A stretch of DNA of 62,957 nt, filler included, from Intoshia linei (GCA_001642005.1; 6 parts of 6 records of this genome joined end to end with filler, not necessarily neighbours in it), one strand, 5' to 3'; shown: positions 27,345 to 41,749, counted from the whole stretch's first letter. Numbers and translations: made by a program. Notes: generated by a model from the letters alone, not told the origin.

Positions 27345-30300
27345 TTATAGGATAGTTTTTAAAATCATATACATTATCATAAATTGCATCTTCACGGTTA
27401 AAACCAAAAATTTCACATGATTTTGAATAATAAAAAAAAATGGAAAAAATGTAGTCCTAGAATTTGAAAAAATCACATCTAATGCAACTTTCTCAAGATA
27501 ATTTGAAATACAGAAATCTGGGTTTATTATACAATTTACCATTTCTAACTTACAAAAACTTTAAAAGTTTATGATAAACTGAAATATAACTTTGTTATTA
27601 CCATTTTCACACTAATTTCAAAGTACATAATAGTCAAGCTAGTGTTAATAATGATATATATATTAATAATTTAAATAAAAAATATAAACCTATAATATTT
27701 TCACAAATTTTGCAATTATTTTTTTTGTTATAATCAGGAATGTTTCGCTTTATAATAATATTGTATATACACAAATTGTGATTATCGAGTTCAGAAATTA
27801 AAATGACACTATATGTGTGAAATTTTCTATTACTGTCCAAAAAACAAGAAAACACCACAATTGAAGTCTAATAAATTAAAAATTATAATAAATTTATTTA
27901 TATATTGTATATATAAATATTAATATATTTTTTTAATACTCAATTTGGAAAAATGAGTCTCTCATTTTACTAAACTTCCGTTAGGCTTTTTAATGATGAT
28001 GATTGTCGGTACGGTAGGTTCGGCACTAAGTATCTTATTAAACGTATCAACAGTCCGCCTTTGGCGGACATGCCAAGTGTTTGTACATATCACATCGTAT
28101 AAAACATACAAGATCGTAATTAGAAAAAAAAACCTTATTTCCATCTTCAACGACATCTGTTGAATTAATAGTTAAAGTTCTATTATACTTTGTCAAATAG
28201 TTGAATAGATTATTTAGTGAAATTCTAAAATTTTGTTTGGTCGTAATTTTGGCTAAAATCCATTATATAATAAATTTAATACAAAAATATTAAAAATAAA
28301 AAATCATACTCTGAACAAACAAATGATGGGTATTTGCTGGCCAAATACTACACCCATCAATCATAGATAAAAAGCAAAGTTTCAAGCGTTTTGGAGGATA
28401 ATCATTATGACTCAACTCATTAATACAATTTTCTAGCGAATAATCATAAATGAGAGCTTTAAGGACATTTAAATTGTCAAATAGTAAATTTGAAACATTT
28501 TGAAATGCCTCACATTCCTGTCCACACTCTGGTAAATGAGTGGACCGAAAACCATAAACAATCAACGTTACTTGATTTTTAATAAAACAAATCTCGGTTA
28601 TAAAAATACCATTATCAACAAGTCTTTGAAAATAAAAAAATGTTGAATCTTCAACAGTAATATAATCACCACAATCAAAACAAATTTTTTCCAATTGACA
28701 ATACTTTAACATCAAGTTAAAAATTTGCAAACAAACTAATTTGTATTCCTTTAAACACTCGTCATATTCCATATCACAAGTTAGAGTCAAAACATTTTCA
28801 ACTTGTTTAGAAACCATTATTGCCAAACTAGAAAAATTGTCCATGTGATTAATAAAATTCAACTTGTTAAGTGTTTCCTTTTTGTTCAATTTTTTAAATA
28901 ATTTTTTAATGGTTAAAATTTTTTGATATTCATTTCTAGTTTTTTTATAACACTCGATATAAAGTAAACCAAAATTAATTAAAATTTGATCATAATCCTT
29001 TTTTAGTTGGATTGCTTCATTTTTCAAGTAATTAATGTCATTCAATTTAACGTCATCCCAATTCCATTTGATCATGTCAAACCCAACACTTGTTTTATAA
29101 ATTTCATTTGCAACTTTTTCCATTTTACAAATCTCGATGATAGGTTTTTTGCTTTTTATAATGGAAAATAATAATTCTTCCGCAATTTCTAAAGTTGGAC
29201 AATATTCAAATATTTCATTTATTTTTGATTTTTTTTCTAAAATTTGATTTTTTATTGATTTGGATATCAGTAACCTCCATTTCTGCCAATTCATTAATAA
29301 TTTAATTTTTTTTTTAATTTCGTTTTCCATTTTTTTTGAAAAGTTGTAAAGACTTATTTTTAAATTACATTTATTATAAAGTAAAATGTAAAATTGATTG
29401 CGCTTGACTGAACCGATTGACATGAATAGAGCATTATCAAAATCAAACTCGTTCTTCAAATCAAAATCTTCTAAAACGGGTAACGTGGAAAAATTTCCAA
29501 TAAAAGTATAATTGCAATCATCAAGATTCACGTTTTTAAATTCTTTAGATATTTTCGTAAAGTATTTACAGTTTGAAACATTTGACATGAAAATATTGTG
29601 ACAAAAATTGCTGCAAATTTCTTCCATTTCATTGAAGAGTAGCTTTAAAGCATCAATACAATCATGATGAATATGAAAATAATAAACAGATGGCGTAGGC
29701 AATTTGTGAGCAACCGAAATCACATCAATCACTCCAATCAAGACATGGTTTAGTCCTACAGAAAAACATTTATCTAAATATAACGCAACAGTTTCATTTT
29801 CTTTTCCCAAGGTGAATGGAAAATTTGAAGATGCAGATAAATCTTCAATGTGACTAGATTGAAGAATTAATTTTTTTTTCTTCCTATTGGGTGACGGTGG
29901 TGCAGATACATTGAATGCACTATTAACTGGCAAATTTTGGCTATCGGGTATAATAATTTTTGGAGTTATCACACAAGACTCAATCATCAAGTCGATATAA
30001 GAATTTTTTACCAATAATTCCATTTTTTGATTTATTCGTTTTAGGTTAAATTCACCTCTACCAATTACACTTATTTTTATATAAAAATTTTTATTTTTTA
30101 TATCATCGTTTTTAATGAGTTTTATGTCGTCTATATTTTTTTTGATAGTATTTATGCACTGTAAAAAGTTTATTTTCAAGTTTTCGTCACTTTCGTCATT
30201 TTTTAAATTCATTTTTACACATTTCCCGTTTTGAGCTTGAAAAATTTCAAAAAATATTATATTGATCACTAAATAATAATAATATAAATGAATATAATAT

Positions 30301-33300
30301 TATTATTTATTTTAGTATTTTTTTACTAAATAATAAAAGGTGGAATAAATATTTTGATTATATTTTTAAATTTTTGGTCCAAAATATTTTGTCTTTAAAA
30401 AATCCACAATCAGTTTGATATCAAAATATATTACATTAAAATAGTTTCAAGTTTAATCTGATTAAATAACCCTAAATTCACAATTTCAAGTGTTTTTTTT
30501 AATTATTCCAACATTACAAAAATAACTGGAAATGGTAACTGTCGATTCAAAACTGTTCATAAATATTTCAATTTTTCGGAAATCCCAATAAAAAGAAAGG
30601 GGCGTCTACTTAAACCCAACCATTTTGCTAAAATCCATCCATTTTTACTTACATCACATAACGGTTTGTAAAAGTGAATTTTTGCCTTAAGGGTTGGTAA
30701 ACGTGGATTTTTCCCTTAAAAGTTGGTAGAATTGGATTTTTTCCTTTTAGGTTTGGTAAAACTGAAATTTTCCTTTAAAAGTTTGTAAAAGTGGATTTTT
30801 CCTGTAGGGCTGGTAAAACTGAAATTTTCCCTTAAAGGTTTTTAAAAGTCGATTTAGACAAGCTAAATTGGCTGACATAGTTAAACGATATCAACGAAAA
30901 AATAAAAAACAAACCTATTCCCTGAGCTTTCGCAAGAGTGTAATAAAGAAATGCATCGGTTAAATTGGATTCATATACATTATCCTGATCAGCATAATTA
31001 GTAACCGTTTTATCAGTATCAGTATCAGAATCTGCAAAATTTCGAATTACAGACTGAAGATTTTTCCATTGAAGTAACGCGTTTTGTTTGAGAAAAACAC
31101 TAAAATCCAAAAGCTTAAATGAACAAATTAAAGGCAATTCAAAAACAGACTGAAACAAATTATTTGGTTTTTTAATACTTCCATTAATAAATTGTATATC
31201 TAGAAAAGACAAAGTACAATTATGATACAGTAACAGAGCAATTTTTTTTAATTGAATAAAATTAATTTCCGTTTGAATCATTTCACAAAATATTTCTTTG
31301 AAATTATTTAAAGGTTTTTCAATAGAATAAACCAAAAAATTAAGAGTTTTATCACAAAGAACTTCAGTCAAATTCATAATAATATGATTATTAGATTTAG
31401 GATCAGAAATTATATACAACTCGGCATGGCCTCTGATTGAAAACTTTTCCATAAAATTGACAATATTTGAAAATAACACGGTTCTACCTTTATTTGTCAA
31501 TTCAATCAAATTTTCTGGAACATTAAAAATATATTGATCCATAAGAATGCATTTATAATTTATATTTTCTAATACCAATCGACTCAAGGGATTGAAACCC
31601 ATACTTGGGCCAGATAATTTGTTTTTATCTTTCAAATATTTAGTTAAATTCTTTTCGATTTTATCGTTGTCATTATACAATAAAACTGGGTGAATAATTT
31701 TTGTTGTATTTAAATCCATGTACAAAACTGTCATTGCGCATTTATACGGCAATTTTTCCAATTGATCCAATATTTTTTTTATGACTGCTTTTTCGTGTCT
31801 GAATCGAGAATGAAAATGCACAAAAATGCTATTGTCTCTAATTTCAATGATTAACCAAAATTTTGGTAATAATTTTGATAAATTTAACAAAAGGTCAGGA
31901 TCAGCGGTAAATTGAAAATCTTTATGGTATGTATTTTCAGTAGATTCATTTGTAATGTCATAGAATTCGTGAGAAGAGTTCATGGGTGATTTTTTGTTAG
32001 TGTCATGTTCTGCATCGGACGCTAAAACTGGTGTGTTGTTGCCCGTTGTATACTGTGATGACTTTGCGTCATTGGAATAACATGAAACGTTAGAAACGCA
32101 TACAAGGTACTTTTGATTGATTTGTATAAAACTGTAATTGCCAAAATCTATTAAACCAATTTCATTGTATATAATCATTATACAATCATTAAAGTCAAAC
32201 GGAATTTGGAATTTTATCTTTCTACAAAAGCAATTCTTTGACGTTTTGTTTACTTGAATGAAATCAATTACCTGATTGATCAATTTTAAGTTAAAACGAA
32301 CCGATAATCGTAAATTTGTAATTATTTCGTTTCCCACAAAATATTTTATCTAAAATTATAATATGAAGAAATATGTTAAGTAAACATTTTTTACATATTT
32401 GCATGTATAATATTATATATAACAGGGTTCCCACAATTTTTTCACTGCGGACCGATAATTTACAATAAAATTCTTGCGGTCCCCTAAAACGAAATTACAA
32501 AAAGATACACAATTCTCTAGAGTCGGGATTACCAAAGTGGGCAATATATTATTTTAGTTAGGAGGGAGGAGCGCGATTTTAAAAAACATGATATAGTATA
32601 TAATAATATAATATAGAGGGGTTATATTATATAGTATATGTTATATGACAAGTTTGGGTTCCACTGAGATAAACTTTAAATTGAAATAAATTTTTAATTT
32701 CAATGTTCTTTTCTTAACATTTATTAACCGTTACGTTAATCATTACTTATATAATATGCTACGGGATTTTTGTTTGTGTGTCCTACTTTATTTAACTAAT
32801 TACTATTTTTTTAAAAAAATTATATCTTCAGGGCCAAAACCACAAATTACCCTTCTTTTTTTAATGAAAACCGCCCTAGAATTTAAAACAATTTACAGGT
32901 GGTACAGTTGTATCCTGTTAACACACACAGAAAATTTCAATCCGAATAAGTGACGACTTCATAGTCAAAAAAGCATTTTAGTATTCATATATCTTTTTTC
33001 GAAATATTTTATATAATATATTTAAGGTGCTCCCAAATTTTTATTTATTTCACAGGTGCGACTTGATGTAAAAAAGGTTAAGAAACACTGTTTTAAACAT
33101 TGGAAGAGTATTAAAATAATTTATAATTACATTGTATAATTTTATAATTAACAATATAAAAAGGGCGCATAATTATGGCCAACATAATACAAAAAATAAA
33201 TGAGATTAAACATTAAAATAATAATATTACAGGAAAATTTATTTCCATAACCACAATAATAATGCTTTTGAAAGTAACTAATGAATTTTGCATCAATCAG

Positions 33301-36300
33301 TCAAAAAGGGGGACTCCCAGAGGATCTGCTAGAGAGGTTGATAATTATTAAAAAAATAAAAAAAATTTCAAAAAAGAATCAATTATATAAGTACCTTAAA
33401 TTCTTTTCAAAGTATCTAAGCGAAAAAATGAATTGATTTGTCCATTTCATGTTAAAAAAAGTTAAAAATCACTGTAAAACTTTTAGAATTAATTAACTTT
33501 AAATTTTCAGTCCCACTTTCGGGATATTCCATCAAAATGTACGACAATAATAATAATCATTATAATTATTCATAGGTCAGTAAATCTTTAAAGAATTTTA
33601 ATGCTAACACGAACACGAACATAAATTTGGGATCTGCCCAAATCTTCTTCCGGTCGTATTGCACAACTCTATTAAATATTATACACACATACTAAAAATG
33701 TACTAAAGAAACAAACCTTTTTTTTGACATCAGAAAACAATTCCAAAGCTTCAACTTTAAAAACATGATCACTTAAATTTTCAGTCCGATCAGAATTAGT
33801 TGAAACAACAGATACATTATCATTCGGCAAAGAATTATTAACGGATTCGTTATCCATGGAACAAGGATTGGAAGGAGGTATACCAATACTCATATAAGGA
33901 GCATTGAGAGTAAAAAAGCAAATTTTAATAAAAAAATTGTAATGAGAAAGATTAATATACTTACTAGTTTCATGTCCGCACTTATTAAGCAAATGAACAA
34001 TTTCATTAATACAAGTTGGTAAATTATAAATTTCCACATCACCACAATCCTGCAGAATAAGATTATTATAAGCAAAAGAAAAATATTGTTTAAAAAATAT
34101 GGGTTGATCGGTATGATATGATAAATCCTGACTTTCCGATTCATACAAAAATGATAAATCATAATAGTCCTTTTCTCGAACATAATAATAAATATTTTGA
34201 TCATTATTTAAATACTTTTTAAAATTATCAAAAATTTTCTCATACAACTGGGTCGTAGTTTTTTTCAATTTTTTATCACAAGTACATTCTTTAATTGTAA
34301 ACTTTCTGGCCCAATGTTGCTCCATTGGAAATTCATTATCTACATCATATCCATCACAGAAATTTTTCAAAAATTCAGAATTATTAAATTCAACAATCTG
34401 GGCGCAACTATGTAAAAGCAATTCTTTTATGTCGATATGAGATACCTGGAAAGGTTCATGGCACATTTTGAATACGAATTCAATGTCATTAAAAGTTAAT
34501 AGGGTGCCATTGTAAAGGTTTTTAATTATACATTTAGCGTATGCGCTATTAAAAATGTCATCGATGGAGGTTAAATACGTTTTTATAAAGTTAATGAAAT
34601 CAAATTCTGCAGATTCCTTTTGGTTGGTCGAGTGTTGCAAATCTTGATGATATAACAAAAAACTTTGAACATCAATATATTCTTCCTTGGAAAAATAATG
34701 AGAAATATCACGTAAAATTCCGTAGTCGATTTCTAGACATATAGAATAAACTAAAATTGGTAAAATTGTATTAAATTCAGATTCGTAAAGGATATTGTTG
34801 AGTTTTTTCCAGTCTTCGATATTTTTGGGTATAATTGTAAGAATAACGCATCCACTTTTGTACGGAGAATATATGAATGCGTTAAATTTTATATTTTTTG
34901 CCAATTCATTAAGGGAAATGTCATTTTTTGGAAATGATAAATAAAAATTATCCCAATGTGACATGTAATGTTGAGATAACGTCGACACATTATTATTATC
35001 ATTTCTGTTGTCAAATTTCATGTCTGGTTCATCCAAATATTCCGAGTTTAATTGACTATAAACGGAAATTTTGCTGTCAAAAGAATCGGTACAAACAGAC
35101 TCGTTCAAAGACTCATTACAAATACCAACATCCTGGTGCTTTCTTACCAAAGATTCCGTTTCATAGATCCAGTCGTGTGATTGATACAATACACTGTTCC
35201 GTTCCTTGTCGAATGATGGATTCTGGAGACGAAATAACGAACAAACGTGTTTATTATAAACAACATCCAATTCAATGTAACCGTCCAATTTTGGGGTTTT
35301 AATGTTGCCAATATTTTTACATTGTATGAAATAATCCGTCGTATAGTTCAAATCTCCATTTTCATCAAATTTCGATTTAAATTTACAACACTTATTTTTT
35401 ATAATACAAACTCTACGAATAATGTTAAAATCTTGATCTGACAATGAGATGGGCTGGTTGTCATTACAAAACGACAAAAAATGGGTAATGTAGACCAAAA
35501 ATTCCGACATTTGTCTATACTTGTCCAATTCAGTTAAACCAAAATTATAAGCAAAATTTGGTAAAATCAACGGAGTAGAAGACTGATATAGTTTTTCCAG
35601 TGACGCTGTAATTTTTTCCATTTTGACATTTTTATTTTTACTACTTTCATTGGTAGCATCAATGGCATCGTCAACCGTTGACGAAATTGAAAATTTCTTT
35701 TTTCGACGATCCGTTACTTTACGGTCACTAATATAATTAATCTTGGAATGCTGTAAAAAGGTGGAAAGTTTAATTATATTATTTTTATCAGTATTGTATA
35801 TATAACTCACAACGTCACGGTACGCCAATTCTCCAAGTTGTCTTTCACATTTATGCAATTTACCTACAAAAGGTTCAATCCAAATTTCGTTCAAAATCCC
35901 CGATTCACTTTCTTTTAAATTAGTTCGATCGGGTGATTGTGAATAAATGGAACAAATCGGAAATAGAACATAGCATATTATAGCACTATTGGCTTTTTTG
36001 CAGACATTGTGGGAATCTTCCAATCTGCATTCACGAATCATCATTATTCCCCCACGAATAGAATGAAACGTTACGAAGCCTTCTGCTATGCGCAAGTCAC
36101 AGAGCGAAGATAAAATAATTTCCAAACTGATGGAAGGAAACAAACGTTCATTATCCGAGTTCAAGAGAGACCAAAACCACCGACGATGGTAAAATGTTGA
36201 AAAAGCGTTTTGCTGAAAATAGCAAAGTTTTTGATAATAATCACTCACATTACAATCTGAAATAAACTCGTAAATTGATTTAGGTATCGATTCGTACCTA

Positions 36301-37481
36301 TAAATCAAGTGATCCAGTGGTTTTGAAGTAGGTAAGCAAATTGATAATTTAGAAGCATACAAAGTTGAACATTTCAGAGCATCGGGTGAAATGTACTTTA
36401 AAGTGGAATTTTTGCACAGATGGCACGATCCAGTATTCATACAAATACATAGAGATCGGCTATTAGATGATAATTGCGCCAAAAGAATTTTTATGTCATT
36501 TTTAACCTTGATTCGCATAAATTCATCACACAGCAATGTAAATTTGAGTGAAATTATAGAAAATGGAGTACATTGTTTAATATTTATAATCATAAAGGTT
36601 GTTTGATCTTTAACATTTTTCAAAATCTTAACATAATATTCCGATTCAATCAATGCAAAATCTGCATAATTTTGAATACATTCAATCAACTTAACTGTGA
36701 CATGATGAAAATATGTTTTCAATTTTTTATCATAATCTCTCGTTATTATGACACAAATGTGATAATCTATAAAACAATTTAACCAACTCCAACGATCCAT
36801 ATTGAGTACACTTTTCCATATTATTGCAAAATTGACGCATTTTGAATCTTCTGCGTTTACATGCTCATTCAATGTTATAAACTCTGGACCTCGTACAAAA
36901 ACTGATTGCCGTAATTTTATTATTGTCGGTTTCACTGAGAGTAAAACATTGTCGTTTATAGTTGACAAAAGACACATTACACTATCATTCGTTAATATTT
37001 TGTTTATTTTGGTTTTATGGTATTGTATTGTTTCAGCAAATTCCAGCTTTTCTCCACGCAAATAATTATGAAAATGATGTATAAATTCATGAGTTCCATC
37101 TGTAAATAACATAACATTACAAGATTGTCCCGAAAATAATTCAGATACACTACATCTTATCATATATCTCAAATAAAGATTTATGTCACAGTATAAATCT
37201 AAAATTATTACAATTGTGTTCTTTTTTATTTCTATGTATTTAAGAAAAAACCCATCGTTCATTTTTTGTTTTAATAATAATATCGCTTTAGTATTTAATT
37301 TTCTCGCGTCATTTTTTATTAATCTACGCATTTGATGGTTGTCGTTAAATTGTGGTTGTTTTCTAAATATGGTATCAGTAAAATTTACAAAAAGTTCCAA
37401 CATAAAACCCCCACAAAAAACTTGTAATTGACTTAAAATTTGATGAAAACACAAAAATGCCAATTCGTTGTATGTATTATA
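27345..37481 (-). CDS. SZT2: SZT2 (KICSTOR complex subunit) homolog. Confident exons 33717-37481, 30915-32349, 28310-30268, plus probable smaller 3' exons (~28252 downwards, ~27690-27867, ~27345-27544). The 5' exons were not located.
   Basis: Ordered motifs matching SZT2 as I recall it: NFAIIWKSVLNMDRWSW (QFAAYWKPVLSMDANSW), FALIESEYYVKIL, KPLDHLIYRYESIP, FYHRRWFWSL, DLRIAEGF, YVLFP, EIWIEPFVG, PKFWLII. The three big ORFs join by GT-AG introns in phase (~2390 codons). Confidence 0.8.
30662..30850. repeat. Minisatellite, ~29-30-bp unit x ~6, in an SZT2 intron
   Basis: Consensus GGTTGGTAAAA(C/G)TG(G/A)ATTTTTCCCTTAAA repeated in tandem. Confidence 0.85.
32740..33010 (+). mobile_element. Helitron-like family 5' terminal fragment
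   Basis: A|TCATTACTTATATAATATGCTACGGGA... matches the 5' end of the complete copy and is followed by the family body in + orientation. Confidence 0.7.
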
Positions 37482-38364
37482 CTGCACATGAGCATTTCCC
37501 AACCTCAGGTCCGCGGGCCAGTAATGGTTAGTATAATTTTCTACTGGTCTTCGAAAATAAAATACACAAGTGTATTAGTTTAGAACACAACCTTTCCACC
37601 AATTCAGCCGCAAAGCTACTTTACTGATTGATACTACGACCGCAAAAAAATTTACTTTGACATTGAGAAAGTGGCCAAAGTCAAAAATTACATTTTTGAT
37701 CAAAATATTTTAAATTTCCCTTGAATAAAATCTGATTTAAACTTTTTCAATTTGACGTAAAATGGTATATTTCATTGCACAATAAAGCAACCACAAATTT
37801 TAAATTAAGTCATTTGAAAAAGATGTCCATTGTGCATAGTTTTATAAAGTAATAAAGATTTGAAATATTTTGCGTCGTAACAATGTCAACATTTTAACAT
37901 GCTTTAACTGCACACATAAATAATAATGTAAATTTTGTATCATATGAAAAACTTGAATCCACTCAAAGAGTTCGATTCTTCCATTATTACGAACCACTGC
38001 TCACTAAGCAGTACTCAATACTAGAGTTCTGCATCTGATCGTGTTGAGATAATATGTATGAAGGATACGAAAAATTTTTGTCCAAAACACGATTAAAATT
38101 TAATCAAAAATTTAATCAAAAATTTAATTTAGCAAAAATTAATTAAATTAAGTTAAAGATTAATTAGTTAAAAACTTAACTTAACATAAAATATAAAAAT
38201 TTTGTAAACAGATACGAAATTCGTGTTAGAATCGAATCGTGTTGCACAACTCTACTCACTACAGATCAGTATTCTTATTACCAACTTTAAATTTTTACTT
38301 TGGACCTAAAGTTTAGGTCTAATAAATATTTTCTTTAAATTTTAATATTAGCAAGTTTCAATTA

Positions 38365-38752
38365 CCGTATTTTTCGGAGTACAAGGCGGCCCTTTTACAT
38401 GAAAAATTAGGAATGCGCCTTATATGAGGATTTTGCAGGGAAAATTTTTTTTTCATTCATTTTTTTTCTTAATTTTTTATAGAAACTCTTCTGTTAAAAA
38501 AAATAAATTATTACCACCTGTCATAACACTTTTTAAATAGTTTAATAGTATTTCGATAGATTTACAGAAAAATCTGATGTATAATAAATGGATTAAATGT
38601 TTTTATTCATTAAACTATAAATTATTTTTATTTTTTTAAAACTTATCTTAATAAAATTTCTCGCGGCTTATACGCCAATGGGACTTATATGTGAATTTTG
38701 TGTTGTAAACTGTTTTTTATACAGGGTGCGCCTTATACTTTGAAAAATACGG
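38365..38752. mobile_element. Tc1/pogo-type MITE
   Basis: TIRs CCGTATTTTTCGGAGTACAAGGCG / CGCCTTATACTTTGAAAAATACGG flanked by TA. Confidence 0.8.
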
Positions 38753-38834
38753 TAATTAGAGAAACTGGGAAAAGTCAAAAATGTAAATTTTTATAAATTT
38801 AAAAAATTAAATATTATTAAATTTGGAAAAATTT

Positions 38835-38963
38835 GAAAGATAAAGTTTATAAGCTACATCCAACTAATTTAGACGAACTGTGGAGATTTATACAGGAAAA
38901 TGGGACCGTGTACCTCTAGAAACTATTCAAGGTTTGTATGCCTCATTGCCCAGAAGAATTGCA
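38835..38963 (+). pseudogene. Tc1 transposase C-terminal fragment adjacent to gap
   Basis: KDKVYKLHPTNLDELWRFIQE../WDRVPLETIQGLYASLPRRIA, a typical Tc1 C-terminal helix. Confidence 0.65.
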
Positions 38964-39129
38964 NNNNNNNNNNNNNNNNNNNNNNNNNNNNNNNNNNNNN
39001 NNNNNNNTTAATTAATTAANNNNNNNNNNNNNNNNNNNNNNNNNNNNNNNNNNNNNNNNNNNNCATAATATATATTATATAACATTATAATAAGTATTTT
39101 AAAATAAATTAAAGTGTTTCATATTCGTT

Positions 39130-40467
39130 AATCTCAGCCTCAGAAACGTATATCTTTATGATCAAAACCCCAAATTACCCTTTGTTTTAACAATGAAACA
39201 TGTCCTAAAATTTTTTTAAACATAAATTTTGAGATAATTTTTAAAATTAAATTATTTTTAAATATTATTATAAATGGAAACCTTAAAAAAAATAATTTTT
39301 ATGAACAAAATCCACATTACCCTTTTTTATAAATGAAAAGATTTCTAGAATTTAAAAAAAATTACAGATAGTACAGTTGTATCCTGGTATGACATACAAA
39401 AAATTTAAATCTGAATAAGTAACGCCTTCACGGTCAAAAAAGTAATTTAATATTCATTTCGAAACTATTTTATTGAAACAAAAAATTTGAAATAATTAAT
39501 GGTTCCACAATTAAAAAAAAGATTGATCTGGTAGAGCTCATTTTATTTGAAATAAGTATAAAATTTCAACCCTAGAAGTCTATGCATTCCCGGTGAAAAA
39601 TAATTTTTAATATATTATTAAGCAATATTTTTCAAATGTTGGATTAAAATTAAAAATGAAAAAGTAAAATAATCATCCTACAATTTAAAAAAAAATGTGC
39701 ATTGAATGTCGACACATCGCCAATAAATAAATATGGGTGGAAATCTATATAATTGATTCTTTCGGATTTTTTTCATTGCTAAGCAATTTTTGATTTTCAA
39801 AACATTTTGTTTAAAATTTAAATTAAAACTACAACAATGAATTACTAAAAGTAATACAACTTTGTTATGATCATTTTTATATTTATTACAATGCTTTACA
39901 ATACTGGTAAAATTCATTTGAAATATGTTTCTAAAGTGCTGATTCCGTTAATTATTAATACGTAAGAGGTATTTTTAATTATTTATTAAATTGGTACTGA
40001 ATATATGTCATCACATTGAAAATAAAATATATTTTTATAATTTTATTTTTTCTGAAATTTATGCTATTTATCGCAATTTTTAGGATTAGACTATTTTTAC
40101 TTTATTTTTAATATTATACACACATTCTGTCTAATAAATTAAAAAGTTTTAACTTTATTTTTAATATTATACACACATTCTGTCTAATAAATTAAAAAAA
40201 TTGGATGACATTTTTTGTAAAATTCTTTACACAAATGTTAACAAAATAAATTTAACGTGGAATAATTCACTTCAAAGTAAAAAGTAATGTAATATTACGG
40301 TTCCACCTGAAACAAATTTGGGAATCACTCCTTTAAATCATTTATAATAGTGAATAGTAGCATTTTTAGGTTAAATTTTCTTATTGATTTTTTTGGAAGA
40401 ATAAAAATGTCCACCCTCGGCAGAGTTAGGATGCTGTTTGGTACATAGTACATAACAGTTAAGCTAG
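39130..40467 (+). mobile_element. Longest Helitron-like family copy (5' end lost in gap), ends in hairpin + CTAG|T
   Basis: Contains all internal blocks seen in the other fragments. 3' end CCCTCGGCAGAGTTAGGATGCTGTTTGGTACATAGTACATAACAGTTAAGCTAG|T. Confidence 0.8.
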
Positions 40468-40483
40468 TTCAACATAAAAATTT

Positions 40484-41290
40484 TAGAGAAAAGTTAAAAC
40501 TGAACTTTATTCGAGTAAATAGTGAAATATCGTAGTTACTAAGGTCCAAAGTGGATTTATATTGAATCCCATGTTCTCACTAAACATTTAATTTTTTTAA
40601 GTTTACTTATAGCTAACGTATTTATACTTTTAAACTACTTTAAACCGTGAAAAATACATATATAGTAGTGTTTCATATTTTAAAAAACATTGTTATTGGT
40701 AACAAGTTCTGAGGTTTGTATTAACAACACATAATACCAAAACAATTTTTTTCATTACGAATGAAGTCTTGCAAATATGTCAAATATGTAATTTAATACT
40801 GACATTTTAATATTTATACTGAAAATTTTTTATTAAAATACTGACCAATAAAATACTTCTCTTATTAGAAGAATATTTCCTAATTTCATATTTCCTCATA
40901 TAAAATGAAATAATAGTTTCATTTTTATAATTTTTTTCATTATTATTAACTATTATTACTACTACATGTATACGTGATATTTTAGTGAGAAAATCATATT
41001 ATTTATATTATAAAGTAACATATAGAATAGGGTTTTCACATTTTGAATATTTTAACAATGTTGTATTATTAATAAAAATTTAAAAAAGTAGTATAATAAA
41101 TTATTAATTAATTATAAAATTTTTCTCGATTTAAAGATGTTTAAAAGTCTAAATACGTTAGCTATAACTAAATTTAAAAAATTAAAATGTTAAGTGAGAA
41201 CATTGCATTTAATATAAAAACAATGTTAACCTTAGTAACTACCATATTTCACTATTGCATCAAATAAAGTTATGTTTTAACTTTTCTCTA
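40484..41290. mobile_element. Long-TIR (~145 bp) fold-back element, possibly Mutator- or Sola-like
   Basis: TAGAGAAAAGTTAAAAC...GTAGTTACTAAGG...TTCTCAC...ATAGCTAACGTATTTA is mirrored at 41150-41290. Confidence 0.75.
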
Positions 41291-41749
41291 TTATTTTAGT
41301 ATGGAATCATAAAAATTGCGTGCGAGACTTTATTCGTGGTGAAAAAAATTTTTTTTTTGTTATTATGTGTTCTTAATGCAAGTTTCATAAATTGTAACCT
41401 AAAGGTGTTACCAATGAAAATATTTTTAAAATTTTAATTTTAACAATATTTAATTAGTATAGATCAGGGGTGTCAGACTCAATTTTCTTGGCGGGCCAAA
41501 TGTGAAAAAAAATATTACGCGGACCGCACAAAAAAATCTTTACTCAAAAAATTGTGTCAAAACTAACACTGTTAATTAATTTATAATAATTTTAATTCAT
41601 AAAATGAAATATGAAACAATAAAAATGGAGTAAGTGTAAAAATTGTAATAATGAATAAATAAATCATAAATGATATATAATATGAATAATGAATAAAAAA
41701 CTGTAAAATAAGAAATATGTGTAAAAAATTGTTATAAAAAATAAAAATT

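Noticed and set aside
30662-30850. Regular ~30-bp repeats considered as a CRISPR array
   Set aside because: Units are contiguous with no unique spacers, there are no cas genes, and the context is a eukaryotic intron.
33890-37065. Several short ORFs overlapping SZT2 (and similar ones antisense to DNAH10, RGS and the transposases)
   Set aside because: Shadow frames of long coding exons with no recognisable motifs.
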